Shown one piece after another: positions 35,922 to 44,838 of a stretch of 64,000 nucleotides of DNA. A program made the position numbers and the translations under genes. Source of the DNA: an uncultured Bifidobacteriaceae bacterium (GTDB lineage Bacteria; Actinomycetota; Acidimicrobiia; IMCC26256; PALSA-555); the NCBI GenBank assembly GCA_964532485.1, contig CAZHKE010000011.1, forward strand, positions 18,647 through 82,646, in the 5' to 3' direction. The notes beneath the pieces are model-generated. The model was not told where the DNA came from, made no database searches, and saw only the letters and a program-made list of their open reading frames with translations. The stretch's first letter is position 1; each line of letters begins with the position of its first letter.

Positions 35922-37103
35922 CTAGCCGAGCTTGGTCAGCGCGCGCCGGATGTTGCGCACCGCCTGGGTGATCCGCTGCTCGTTCTCGACCAGCGCGAAG
36001 CGCACGAACCCCTCGCCGCCAGGCCCGAACCCCACGCCCGGAGACACCGCGACCTTTGCATCGCGCACGAGCAGCTTCGCGAACTCGATGCTGCCGAGCT
36101 CCTCGTAGGGCTCCGGGATCGGCGCCCAGGCGAACATCGTGCCTCGGGGTCGCTCGATCCCCCATCCCGCGCGTGCGAGCCCGTCCACCAACACGTTGCG
36201 GCGGCCGCGGTAGATCGCGTTCACCTCGCGAGGGAAGTCGGGAGCCTCGTTCATCGCGACGGTCGCCGCGATCTGGACGGGTTGGAACGTCCCGTAGTCG
36301 AGATAGCTCTTCAGCTTCGCGAGGGCGGCGACGACCTCGGCATTGCCGAGCACGAAGCCCATCCGCCAACCGGCCATCGAGAACGACTTCGTGAGCGTGT
36401 ACAGCTCGACCGCGACGTCCGTCGCGCCCGGCACCTGGAGGATCGACGGCGGGTCGTAGCCGTCGAACCCGAGGTCGGAGTACGCGAAGTCGTGGACGAG
36501 CAAGATCTCGTGCTCCCGCGCGAAGTCGACCATGCGCTGCATGAACGCGAGATCGACGCACGCGGTCGTCGGGTTGTGGGGGAAGGACAGCACGATCACC
36601 CGAGGCCGCGGCCAGGACTCCTCCCACGCCTCCAGAAGGTTCTCGAAGAAGTCGTGCTCCCCACCGAGGCGCACGTGACGAATCTCGGCACCCGCGAAGA
36701 GCGGACCCCAGATGTGGATCGGGTAGGAGGGGCTCGGCACCATCGCCGCGTCACCAGGGCCGAGCAGCACCCACATCAGGTGCGAGAACCCCTCTTTCGC
36801 GCCGATCGTGGAGCAGGCCTGGGTCTCGGGGTCGAGCTCCACGCCGAACTTGCGGCGATAGAGGTCGGTCACGGCGAGCCGGAGCTTGGGGATCCCGCGG
36901 CTCATCGAGTAGCGGTGGTTCCGCGGGTTCTGGATCGCCTCGCACACCTTCTCGAGCGCGACCGGCGGGGGCGTCAGGTCGGGGTTGCCGAAGCCGAGGT
37001 CGATCACGTCCTCCCCCGCGCGCCGGGCCTCGATCTTCAGTGAGTCGATGGTGGCGAAGACGTACGGTGGCAACGCGTTGATGCGCCGGAACTCGAGCGG
37101 CAT
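35922..37103 (-). CDS. Class I PLP-dependent aminotransferase (AlaA/AspC-like)
   Basis: RINALPPYVF...DVIDLGFGNPD, SPSYPIH and the TKSFSMAGWR lysine motif are present. Confidence 0.88.
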   Translation of the reverse strand: MPLEFRRINALPPYVFATIDSLKIEARRAGEDVIDLGFGNPDLTPPPVALEKVCEAIQNPRNHRYSMSRGIPKLRLAVTDLYRRKFGVELDPETQACSTIGAKEGFSHLMWVLLGPGDAAMVPSPSYPIHIWGPLFAGAEIRHVRLGGEHDFFENLLEAWEESWPRPRVIVLSFPHNPTTACVDLAFMQRMVDFAREHEILLVHDFAYSDLGFDGYDPPSILQVPGATDVAVELYTLTKSFSMAGWRMGFVLGNAEVVAALAKLKSYLDYGTFQPVQIAATVAMNEAPDFPREVNAIYRGRRNVLVDGLARAGWGIERPRGTMFAWAPIPEPYEELGSIEFAKLLVRDAKVAVSPGVGFGPGGEGFVRFALVENEQRITQAVRNIRRALTKLG

Positions 37104-37171
37104 GACCTCACGGTACCGCGACCTCCTCGCGCACCGGCATCCATTGCCCGTCCCGGTACCCTCGATCGGTC

Positions 37172-37885
37172 ATGGACGAGCTGACCGACGTCGACGCCGT
37201 ACTGATCGACGTCGGCGGAGTCCTCGTGCTGCCCGCCGATGAGCGCGTGCACGGCGCGCTCGAGCGACTCGACGTCGAGACCGATTCGCTCGACCTCCAT
37301 CGCGCGCACTACGAGGGCATCGGAGCGCTCGGTGGTGGACCCGTCGGTCATCATGCCGACGGGCTCACGATCTGGCACGCGTACAACCGTGCCTACGCAC
37401 GCGTCTGCGGGATCGACGACGACAGGCTCGACGAGGCGACGACGGTGCTGCTCGAAGAGTTCGGCCGGGGCGACATCTGGCGCCAGGTCATCCCCGGCGC
37501 CCGCGCCGCGCTCGCGGGTCTCGCGGCGCGTGGCCTGCACCTCGCGATCGTCTCGAACGCCGACGGCACGGTCGAGGCAGACCTCCGTGCGTACGAGATC
37601 TGCCAGGTCGGCCCCGGCTCGGGCGTGACGGTCGGGGCGATCCTCGACTCGACCGTGGCCGGCGTCGCCAAGCCGGACCCCGAGATCTTTCGGCGCGCAC
37701 TCGACGCGCTCGGCGTCTCGCCCGAGCGGGCGATCCACGTCGGCGATACGCCGGCTGCGGACGTCGCGGGAGCGAGGGCCGCCGGCGTCCGCCCCGTGCT
37801 CATCGACCCGTACGACCTCCACGCCGACGTCGACTGCCTGCGCGCACCGTCCCTCGCGGCCGTGCTCGCGATGCTCCCCGCCTAA
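37172..37885 (+). CDS. HAD-superfamily hydrolase
   Basis: Motif I is a variant (LIDVGGVL). SNADG and VGDTPAADVAGARAAG are also present. Confidence 0.8.
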   Translation: MDELTDVDAVLIDVGGVLVLPADERVHGALERLDVETDSLDLHRAHYEGIGALGGGPVGHHADGLTIWHAYNRAYARVCGIDDDRLDEATTVLLEEFGRGDIWRQVIPGARAALAGLAARGLHLAIVSNADGTVEADLRAYEICQVGPGSGVTVGAILDSTVAGVAKPDPEIFRRALDALGVSPERAIHVGDTPAADVAGARAAGVRPVLIDPYDLHADVDCLRAPSLAAVLAMLPA

Positions 37886-37929
37886 CATCACCGCTCCTCG
37901 ATGACCGCACGACGACGGAGGAGGACCGA

Positions 37930-38748
37930 ATGAGCGAGTCCCTCGAGCGGCTCGACATCTCGAACGACGACTGCATCGTCGAACGCGACGGGCCGGTCGT
38001 GATCATCACCATGAACCGGCCCGAGAAGAAGAACTCGCTCAGCGCCACGATGCTCGTCGGATTGGCCGACGCGTACACCTACGTCGACGACACGGACGAG
38101 GTGCGCGCCGCGATCCTCACCGGCGCGGGCGGGACGTTCTCGTCGGGGATGGACCTCGTCTCGATGAACGCGCCGCGCAGCGAGTACGTGGAGCAGCGCA
38201 TGAGCGAAGAGCCGAACCTCCACTGGAAGGGTCTGCTGCGCGACTACCGCTGCTCGAAGCCGATGATCGCTGCCGTCGAGGGCCACGCGGTCGCCGGCGG
38301 CACCGAGATGCTCCAGGGCACCGACATCCGCATTGCCGGCGAGGGCGCGATCTTCGGCGTGTGGGAGGGCAAGCGCGGCCTCTTCCCGCTCGGCGGCTCG
38401 GCCTGCCGGTTGCCCCGCCAGATCCCCTACACCATCGCCATGGACATCCTGCTGTCGTCGCGACCGGTGACCGCGATCGAGGCGAAGGAGATCGGGCTCG
38501 TCGGGCGTGTCGTGCCCGACGGTCAGGCCTTGTCCGCGGCGCGCGCGGTGGCCGCGCAGGTCGCCGCGTGTGGTCCGCTGTCGACACGAGCGATCCTGCG
38601 CGCGTGGCGCGAGACCGAGCACATGTCCGATGCAGAGGCGATGCAGCACCAGGATCCGATCGGCTGGGAGGTCTTCGCCAGCGAGGACGCCAAGGAGGGC
38701 CCGAAGGCGTTCGCCGAGAAGCGCGAGCCGGTCTTCCGGGGTCGGTGA
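37930..38748 (+). CDS. Enoyl-CoA hydratase/isomerase (crotonase) family protein
   Basis: ITMNRPEKKNSL, LTGAGGTFSSGMDL and AAVEGHAVAGGTEM are present. A strong SD (GGAGGAGGA) precedes the start. Confidence 0.88.
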   Translation: MSESLERLDISNDDCIVERDGPVVIITMNRPEKKNSLSATMLVGLADAYTYVDDTDEVRAAILTGAGGTFSSGMDLVSMNAPRSEYVEQRMSEEPNLHWKGLLRDYRCSKPMIAAVEGHAVAGGTEMLQGTDIRIAGEGAIFGVWEGKRGLFPLGGSACRLPRQIPYTIAMDILLSSRPVTAIEAKEIGLVGRVVPDGQALSAARAVAAQVAACGPLSTRAILRAWRETEHMSDAEAMQHQDPIGWEVFASEDAKEGPKAFAEKREPVFRGR

Positions 38749-38752
38749 CGAC

Positions 38753-39559
38753 CTAGCCGAGCAGGGGTCGCACTCGCTCCCCGAGCCGCTGGGCGTTCTC
38801 GGGGTCCTGCGAGTCGACCGGCCCGACGATCGCCCACGCCGCGCCGGCCTTCGCGAACGCGTCGAGCTGGCGCGCCGCACCCTCGGGACCGCCGACGATC
38901 GTGCCAGGCGGCGCCCCGAGGCGCGCCGCCTTCTGGGCTGCGAGGTCCTCGCTGTCGTCGAGGACCAGCAGACCGCCCCAGGTGCACTCGAACTCGGGGC
39001 GCTCCGACCGACGGCTCGTATCAGCGGCCTCGGTCCCGAACGCAGCCGCATCACCGCCCCATCCGTTCCATCCGTCCGCGTCGCGTGCCGCGACGGCGCG
39101 AATCGCGGGATGGTGTCCGCCGACCCAGACCCGCGCGCCGCGATCTCTCGAGGCCTGCACCGCGGCCTCCAGCGCGCCGATCCGCTCCGCAACCGTCCGG
39201 AACCCGAGGCCGAACGACTCGTTCTCCTCACGGCTCTGCGAGTCGCCGGAGCCGATCGCGGCCACGACCCGGCCCGGCGCGATTCGGGCGATGGTCCGGA
39301 CGCTCGCCGCGAGCGTCGCTGCCGGGCGCAGCCAGGCGCGGAACACGAGGGCGCCCACGGCGATCCGAGACGTCACGGCACCGACGGCGCCGAGCAGCGA
39401 GACGCCCTCGATCGCGGGGCGGCGCGTCTCCCCGCCATCGCGGAACAGGTGGTCGTACACGAAGACACCGTCGAGCCCGGCTTCCTCCGCGGCGCGAGCG
39501 ACCGAGAGCGGGATCGCCGGATCCTCGACGAACGACGGCAGGGTGAGGCCGAGCTTCAC
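38753..39559 (-). CDS. LLM-class (luciferase-like) flavin/F420-dependent oxidoreductase
   Basis: MKLGLTLPSF...AEEAGLDGVFVYDHL... fits the TIM-barrel LLM pattern. It has a GTGA overlap with glk. Confidence 0.8.
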   Translation of the reverse strand: MKLGLTLPSFVEDPAIPLSVARAAEEAGLDGVFVYDHLFRDGGETRRPAIEGVSLLGAVGAVTSRIAVGALVFRAWLRPAATLAASVRTIARIAPGRVVAAIGSGDSQSREENESFGLGFRTVAERIGALEAAVQASRDRGARVWVGGHHPAIRAVAARDADGWNGWGGDAAAFGTEAADTSRRSERPEFECTWGGLLVLDDSEDLAAQKAARLGAPPGTIVGGPEGAARQLDAFAKAGAAWAIVGPVDSQDPENAQRLGERVRPLLG

Positions 39560-40515
39560 CGGCGCCCGATGAGCTCGCGTGCGAGCGCCGCCGCGCCCAC
39601 CATCCCGGCGGCATCACCGAGCTCGCCTGCGACGATCGGCACCTCGGGTCGCTGCGCCGAGCCCTCGAGGTGACCGGCGAACGACTCGCGAAGCGGCTCG
39701 AGCAGCGCGTCGCCGAGCTCGACGAGGCCACCCGACACGACCACGATCTCGGGGTCGAGGATGTTGCTCAGGCCGGCGAGCCCGAGGGCGACGAGTCGCG
39801 CGTACTCCTCGAGGATGGCGACGCCGTCGGCTTCACCGGCCTGGGCGCTGTCGCCGACGAGCACGCCGCTGACGGCGCTCGCGTCGCCCCCGGCGCGCGC
39901 CAGCACGCGCGGCGCCGTGCCTGCCGCGGCGCGTGAACGACCGAGCTGCCCGAGCGCCGTGCCCGAGGCCATCGCCTCCCAATGGCCGATCTCGCCGCAT
40001 GCACACGTGGGACCGGCCGGGTCGAGCTGCCAGTGACCGATCTCGGCGGCGAAGCCGTGCGCGCCGCGAAGCAGGCGACCGCCGGCGATGATCCCTCCAC
40101 CGATCCCCGTGCCGAGGGTGACGAGGAGTCCGTTCGGGTGCCCGCGCAGCGCGCCGTGGCACGCCTCGCCCCAGGCCGCGACGTTTGCGTCGTTGTCGAC
40201 GACCACCGGCAGCTGCACGACGTCCTCCACGAGAGACCGGAGTGGCACGTGCACGAACATCGGGAGGTTCGGCGCGTAGTGCACGACGCCGTCGGCATCG
40301 ATCATCCCGGCCGCGCCGATCCCCACGGCCGCCGGCTCCGCGGCCGACACCTCGTCGAACGCGTGGGCGACCGTCTCGGCGAGGTCGTCGAGCGCCTTCG
40401 GCGCGGGCACGCGGCACTCGTCCACGACGCGTCCGGCCGCATCGACGACCCCGACGCGAAGGTTCGTCCCGCCGAGGTCGATCCCGACCGTCGGCGCCGG
40501 ATCCGGCTCGCTCAC
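39556..40515 (-). CDS. glk: ROK-family glucokinase
   Basis: VGIDLGGTNLRVG, the ROK signature and the zinc motif CACGEIGHWEAMASG are present. Confidence 0.88.
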   Translation of the reverse strand: MSEPDPAPTVGIDLGGTNLRVGVVDAAGRVVDECRVPAPKALDDLAETVAHAFDEVSAAEPAAVGIGAAGMIDADGVVHYAPNLPMFVHVPLRSLVEDVVQLPVVVDNDANVAAWGEACHGALRGHPNGLLVTLGTGIGGGIIAGGRLLRGAHGFAAEIGHWQLDPAGPTCACGEIGHWEAMASGTALGQLGRSRAAAGTAPRVLARAGGDASAVSGVLVGDSAQAGEADGVAILEEYARLVALGLAGLSNILDPEIVVVSGGLVELGDALLEPLRESFAGHLEGSAQRPEVPIVAGELGDAAGMVGAAALARELIGRR

Positions 40516-40841
40516 TCGGCGAGATCGAGGGGCCGCACCGCGTCGTCCCGGTCCGCGGAGGCAGCCGTCGGCTCCGCCGGCGCGCGTGCGGTACGCACCG
40601 TCTGCTGCTCCTGCACCGCGCGGTCAGCCGCGTCGACGACGACCTGCACCGCGAGCACGAGCTCCTGGGCGGCCTTCACCACGTGCTCTGCGACGTCGGG
40701 ACCCGCCTCCAGCAGCGCGCCGATGAGCGATTCCATCGCCGTCGGCGGCCCCAGCCCGGACCCTGATGCGCTCGCGTCGGACGTTGCCGACGTCGTGGCG
40801 TCGTCGGACGCGCGCGCGTCCTCACGCAAGGGCTCGCTCAT
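40512..40841 (-). CDS. Hypothetical small acidic protein translationally coupled to glk
   Basis: ATG 40841 is preceded by AAGGAG plus 8 nt. The stop overlaps the glk GTG (GTGA). The protein is 109 aa, Ser/Asp/Ala-rich with a helical middle. Confidence 0.65.
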   Translation of the reverse strand: MSEPLREDARASDDATTSATSDASASGSGLGPPTAMESLIGALLEAGPDVAEHVVKAAQELVLAVQVVVDAADRAVQEQQTVRTARAPAEPTAASADRDDAVRPLDLAE

Positions 40842-40857
40842 GTCACCCGCTCCTTGC

Positions 40858-41337
40858 TCATCGCTCCGCCTCCTTCTTGAGCTCCCGCAGTGCGGTGCCC
40901 ATGATCATGCTCGCCGCCCGGCGCTTGACCAGTCCGGGGAGCGGCGCCGAGACGTCGACGACGAGGTCGTACGTCACCCGCGTGCCGTCGCCGTCCGCCT
41001 CGAAGCCGTACCGACCGTCGAGCTGACGCAACCAGTCACCCTCGACGAAGTGCCAGGAGAACGCGCCCGGAGCTTCGGCGTAGTCGTACTCGAGCACGTA
41101 GCGGATGCTCTTGCCGAGCCCCGCCACGCGATATTCCACGCGATTCCCACGGCCCTCGGCGTCGCGCTCGAGGATCTCGACCTGCTTCACATCGCGGGCC
41201 CACTCGGGATAGCGCTCGTAGTCGGTGGCGATCTCGAAGAGCCGCGCCGGAGCGGCGGCGACGGCGATGCGCTCATGAGCCTCGTCGGCCATCCGCCCAT
41301 CGAACCAAGCCGCCGCGAGCAGCGCAACCCGCGACAC
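40858..41337 (-). CDS. SRPBCC (cyclase/dehydrase, START-like) family protein
   Basis: ...FEIATDYERYPEWARDVKQVEILERD... fits the SRPBCC pattern. ATG 41292 is an alternative start. Confidence 0.8.
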   Translation of the reverse strand: MSRVALLAAAWFDGRMADEAHERIAVAAAPARLFEIATDYERYPEWARDVKQVEILERDAEGRGNRVEYRVAGLGKSIRYVLEYDYAEAPGAFSWHFVEGDWLRQLDGRYGFEADGDGTRVTYDLVVDVSAPLPGLVKRRAASMIMGTALRELKKEAER

Positions 41338-41361
41338 GTGCCCGCGTGCGCCGAGCGTGCG

Positions 41362-41784
41362 TCACGCTCGACGCGGTCCGGACGTCGCGCGCGGCGGAAA
41401 CGTGCCGTGGCGGGCCGCCCAGAGGCCGACGAACCCGAGCGGGAGCATCGGGACGAGCACGCCGAACGGGTTGGCAGCAGCGGTCGCGATGGTGATCAGG
41501 ACGCAGAGCCCGAGCGCCCCGAACAGATGGGCACGCACCGACCGGGGCGCACCACCGATCGTCCCGAACAGGTTCGCCACCACGACGTCGTCGCCCTGCG
41601 CGCTGCGCGCGATCGCGACGGCGAATGCCCACGCCCAGACCGCGAGCGAGACGAAGAACAGCACGAGCGTGACGGCGATCGCGACGCCGTCGAACGCGTC
41701 GACGCCGAGCGCCGCCGGGACCGCCGGGACCAGGAAGACGACGTCACCGAGCCACGACGCGACGATGATCGCTCGGCCCGGCAC
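41362..41784 (-). CDS. Hypothetical integral membrane protein (about 140 aa, 4 TM)
   Basis: This is the C-terminal part of track ORF 41362..42705. It has very high GC3 and four hydrophobic segments. I propose GTG 41784, which lies 28 nt after the GT4 stop. Confidence 0.6.
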   Translation of the reverse strand: MPGRAIIVASWLGDVVFLVPAVPAALGVDAFDGVAIAVTLVLFFVSLAVWAWAFAVAIARSAQGDDVVVANLFGTIGGAPRSVRAHLFGALGLCVLITIATAAANPFGVLVPMLPLGFVGLWAARHGTFPPRATSGPRRA

Positions 41785-41812
41785 CGGGTCAGCGTACGCG
41801 TGGCCGTCGCGC

Positions 41813-42949
41813 TCACCCGAACACCGACAGGTCCCCGGCTGCCAGCGGCGCGAGCCGCGCCGCGAGCGAGTCGTAGGAGAGCTCGGCGACGACTCGTGCT
41901 CGACCGGCGGCGCCCATTCGGTCGCGGAGCCCGGCATCCCCGAGCAGCCGCTCGAGCGCGGTACGAACGGACACGACGTCGCGCGGATCGACGACGAGCC
42001 CCGTCGTGCCGTCGACGACAGCCTCGTGCGCACCACCGCTGCGTCCCGCGATCGACGGCACGCCACAAGCCGCGGCCTCCAGGAAGACGATGCCGTACCC
42101 CTCGGCCTCGAGCCCACCCCACCGCTCGCGGCACACCATCCCGAAGACGTCCGCCGCGCCGTAGAGAGCGGGGAGATCACGGTCGGCGACGCGACCGAGC
42201 AGGTGGGCACGCGCCCCGAGTCGACGTGCTCGTCGCCGCAGACGCGCGTCGTCGCGGCCGGCGCCCGCGAGCACGACGTGCACACCGTCGAGCGCGGCGA
42301 CGGCTTCGAGCAGCACGTCGAAGCCCTTGCGCGGGACCAGCCGGCTGACACCGAGGACCACCGGAGCATCGAGCGGGAGGCCGAAGCGGGCGCGGACGGC
42401 GCTCGCCTCATCGGCGATGAGGGGTCGGAACCGGTCCGGGTCGACGCCGGGCGGGATCCGAAGCGTCGGCACCTCGCGCCCGGCGACGCGGCGGACCTCG
42501 GTCGCGGCGTAGTCACCGGCCGCGACGACGCCCGCGGCGCCCCGCAGCACGCGCCGGGCAAGCGTGCGCGAGCCTGGAAGGCGGCCGTAGACGCTGATCT
42601 CGGCCCCGTGCGCCACGACGACGTACGGGACGGCATCGAGGCCCGCGCCGACGATGCCCGGCCCGACGAGACCGAGCGGCAGCATCGGATCGACGAACAC
42701 GACACCGGCGCCGACCTCGCGCGCGACCGCGTCGACCCGGCGCCGCATCGCCCGCGTCGGGAGCAGAAAGCCCTGATGCGCGCGCACGACGCGGAACGAC
42801 TGGCGCGCGTCCCACTCGGCGGCTCCGTCGTAGGAGGTCGTCAGCACGGTCGCGTCGTCGGGCGGCAGCCGGCGCCAGAGCTCGTACAGGTAGCTCTGGA
42901 TCCCGCCGAGCTTGGGCGGGAAGTCGTTCGTCGCCAGCAACGAGCTCAT
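41813..42949 (-). CDS. Glycosyltransferase family 4 (PimB/MgtA-like)
   Basis: The N-terminus is FPPKLGGIQSY. The C-terminal GT-B region includes EGYGIVFLEAAACGVP (EX7E region). Confidence 0.87.
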   Translation of the reverse strand: MSSLLATNDFPPKLGGIQSYLYELWRRLPPDDATVLTTSYDGAAEWDARQSFRVVRAHQGFLLPTRAMRRRVDAVAREVGAGVVFVDPMLPLGLVGPGIVGAGLDAVPYVVVAHGAEISVYGRLPGSRTLARRVLRGAAGVVAAGDYAATEVRRVAGREVPTLRIPPGVDPDRFRPLIADEASAVRARFGLPLDAPVVLGVSRLVPRKGFDVLLEAVAALDGVHVVLAGAGRDDARLRRRARRLGARAHLLGRVADRDLPALYGAADVFGMVCRERWGGLEAEGYGIVFLEAAACGVPSIAGRSGGAHEAVVDGTTGLVVDPRDVVSVRTALERLLGDAGLRDRMGAAGRARVVAELSYDSLAARLAPLAAGDLSVFG

Positions 42950-42958
42950 CGCACGAGC

Positions 42959-44173
42959 TCAGGGGCCGGGATGCTCGGCGGCGAGCGCACCGGCCTCGTC
43001 GACGCGCGCTCGCCTGCGCACACGCGTGGCGTGGAACCACAGGCCGGCGAACCCGATGAGCGCGAACACGCTTCCCGCCGCGAACGCACCCTGGAAGCTC
43101 GTGAGAGCTGCGACCGAGCCGACGATCAAGCTGCCGAGCCCCTGCGAGAGGTCGAAGAAGCTGCTGAACGTCCCGACCACGGATGCCCGCTCGGTCTCGG
43201 GTGCCGCGCCGAGCGCGAGGAGGAGGAGCGCGGGGTACAGCAGCGATGCTCCTGCCGCGAAGAGCACCGTGCCGAGCAGCAGCCCCGGAATGGTCGGCCA
43301 CGCCGCCATGATCGCCATCCCGGTCGCGGTGCACACGAGCGCACTGGCGCCCGCCACGCGTCCGCCCAGGGTGTCCGGGATCCGCGCTCCGAAGATCCGC
43401 ACCACGAGCACGAAGCAGCCGTAGAGGAGGAAGACGATGTCGGGGCTGTCGAGCCCGACGTCGTCGGCATAGAGAGGGACGAACGCGCTGAATGCTGCGA
43501 GGGCGACGAGGCCCGAGAAGAGCACCGCACCGGGCCCGATCGCAGCGCGGTTGACGATCGGCTCCTTCCCGACCACCTCGCCGGAGGTCGGACGCTCGAC
43601 CTCGCGGGTGAAGCAGCTCAGCACCGTGGCAAGGGCGGCGAGCAGAGCTGCGGTGACCCACACCGTGCCATAGCTCGCGTCGAGCGCGGCCTCCCCGATC
43701 ACCGGGCCGAACGCCAGGCCGCCGTACACCGCGACCGACCAGTAGCTGATCGCCTCGCCGCGCCGGCTCTCGGGCGCGAGGTCAGTGATCATCGTCGCGG
43801 CCCCGACGAAGAAGGCAGCCTCACCGACGCCGGTGAGGGCCCGCGCGCCGACGAGGAACGGCAACGACTCGACCGCGCCGTAGAGGAGCACCGACACGGC
43901 GACGACGGCGGCGCCGCCGACGATCAGGAGGCGACGGCCGGTGCGATCGCCGAGTCGACCGACGTAGGGCCGCAGCAGCACGGCCCCGACGAACAGTGCC
44001 CCGACTGCGATGCCGATCTCGAGGCTCCCGCCGCCCAGCTCCCCCTCGACGTACTGCGGCACCACGGGGAGCACGACGCCGAGGGCCAAGAAGTATGCGA
44101 GGCCGGCGGCGACGACGAGCAGAAAGCGACCGGTGACAAGACGATCGTCTCGGTTCGGCGGCGCGCTGGTCAC
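42959..44173 (-). CDS. MFS transporter
   Basis: It has 12 predicted TM segments and the MFS loop motif GRLGDRTGRR. GTG 44173 overlaps the crotonase stop (GTGA). Confidence 0.85.
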   Translation of the reverse strand: MTSAPPNRDDRLVTGRFLLVVAAGLAYFLALGVVLPVVPQYVEGELGGGSLEIGIAVGALFVGAVLLRPYVGRLGDRTGRRLLIVGGAAVVAVSVLLYGAVESLPFLVGARALTGVGEAAFFVGAATMITDLAPESRRGEAISYWSVAVYGGLAFGPVIGEAALDASYGTVWVTAALLAALATVLSCFTREVERPTSGEVVGKEPIVNRAAIGPGAVLFSGLVALAAFSAFVPLYADDVGLDSPDIVFLLYGCFVLVVRIFGARIPDTLGGRVAGASALVCTATGMAIMAAWPTIPGLLLGTVLFAAGASLLYPALLLLALGAAPETERASVVGTFSSFFDLSQGLGSLIVGSVAALTSFQGAFAAGSVFALIGFAGLWFHATRVRRRARVDEAGALAAEHPGP

Positions 44174-44838
44174 AAGTCGAGCGTGCCACCCAGGACGACC
44201 CGGGCCCGGTCCCGGACCTTCGTCGTCATCTGCACGAGGAGCTCGCGCGGGGCCTCGGCGATCGTCGACGCGACGGCACGAGCCGCGGTCACGACCTCCG
44301 CGCATGGCACGACCTCGTTCGCGATCCCCAGCCGGTGGGCCTCGGCCGCGTCGATCGTGCGACCGGTCAGCGCGAGATCGCGGGCGGCGCCACCGACGAG
44401 GTCGTGGAGCGGCCCGTACACGACCTGCGCGAACGAGTGCTCCGGGTGACCGAACCGCGCCGTGTCGGCTACGACTCGCAGCGTGCACATGACCGCGAGA
44501 TCGAAGCCTCCGCCGAACGCGCCGCCGTTCACCGCCGCGACCGTCGGGAGCGGGAACCCCAGGATCGTGTGGTGCCACCGATCGCTCGATGCCCACAGCT
44601 CGTCGGCGCGCTCGGGCTGCGAGAACTCCTTCAGATCGAAGCCGGCGGAGAACACGTCCCCCGCGCCGGTGACCACGAGGACCCGAAGTCGCTCATCGGC
44701 CGCGAGCGCGTCGAGTGCGTCACTCATCTCCTCGCGCAGCGCGATCGACAAGGCGTTCTTCTTCTCGGCGCGATCGAGGGTGAGGGTCGCGACGCCGTCG
44801 TCGTCGGGCCCTTCGACGGCGACGAGATCATCGCTCAT
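44170..44838 (-). CDS. Enoyl-CoA hydratase/isomerase family protein
   Basis: LTLDRAEKKNAL, VTGAGDVFSAGFDL and AAVNGGAFGGGFDL are present. ATG 44838 overlaps the upstream stop (ATGA). Confidence 0.88.
   Translation of the reverse strand: MSDDLVAVEGPDDDGVATLTLDRAEKKNALSIALREEMSDALDALAADERLRVLVVTGAGDVFSAGFDLKEFSQPERADELWASSDRWHHTILGFPLPTVAAVNGGAFGGGFDLAVMCTLRVVADTARFGHPEHSFAQVVYGPLHDLVGGAARDLALTGRTIDAAEAHRLGIANEVVPCAEVVTAARAVASTIAEAPRELLVQMTTKVRDRARVVLGGTLDL

Noticed and set aside
35155-36627. 490-aa ORF as one protein
   Set aside because: Only the C-terminal 235 aa (from ATG 35862) is PlsC. The remainder lies out of frame over the aminotransferase gene.
39982-44449. Plus-strand ORFs of 788 aa (39982..42348) and 1030 aa (41357..44449)
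   Set aside because: They are antisense to glk, SRPBCC, GT4, MFS and the crotonase gene. The composition is low-complexity Arg/Asp/Glu/Pro with no motifs, so they are shadows.
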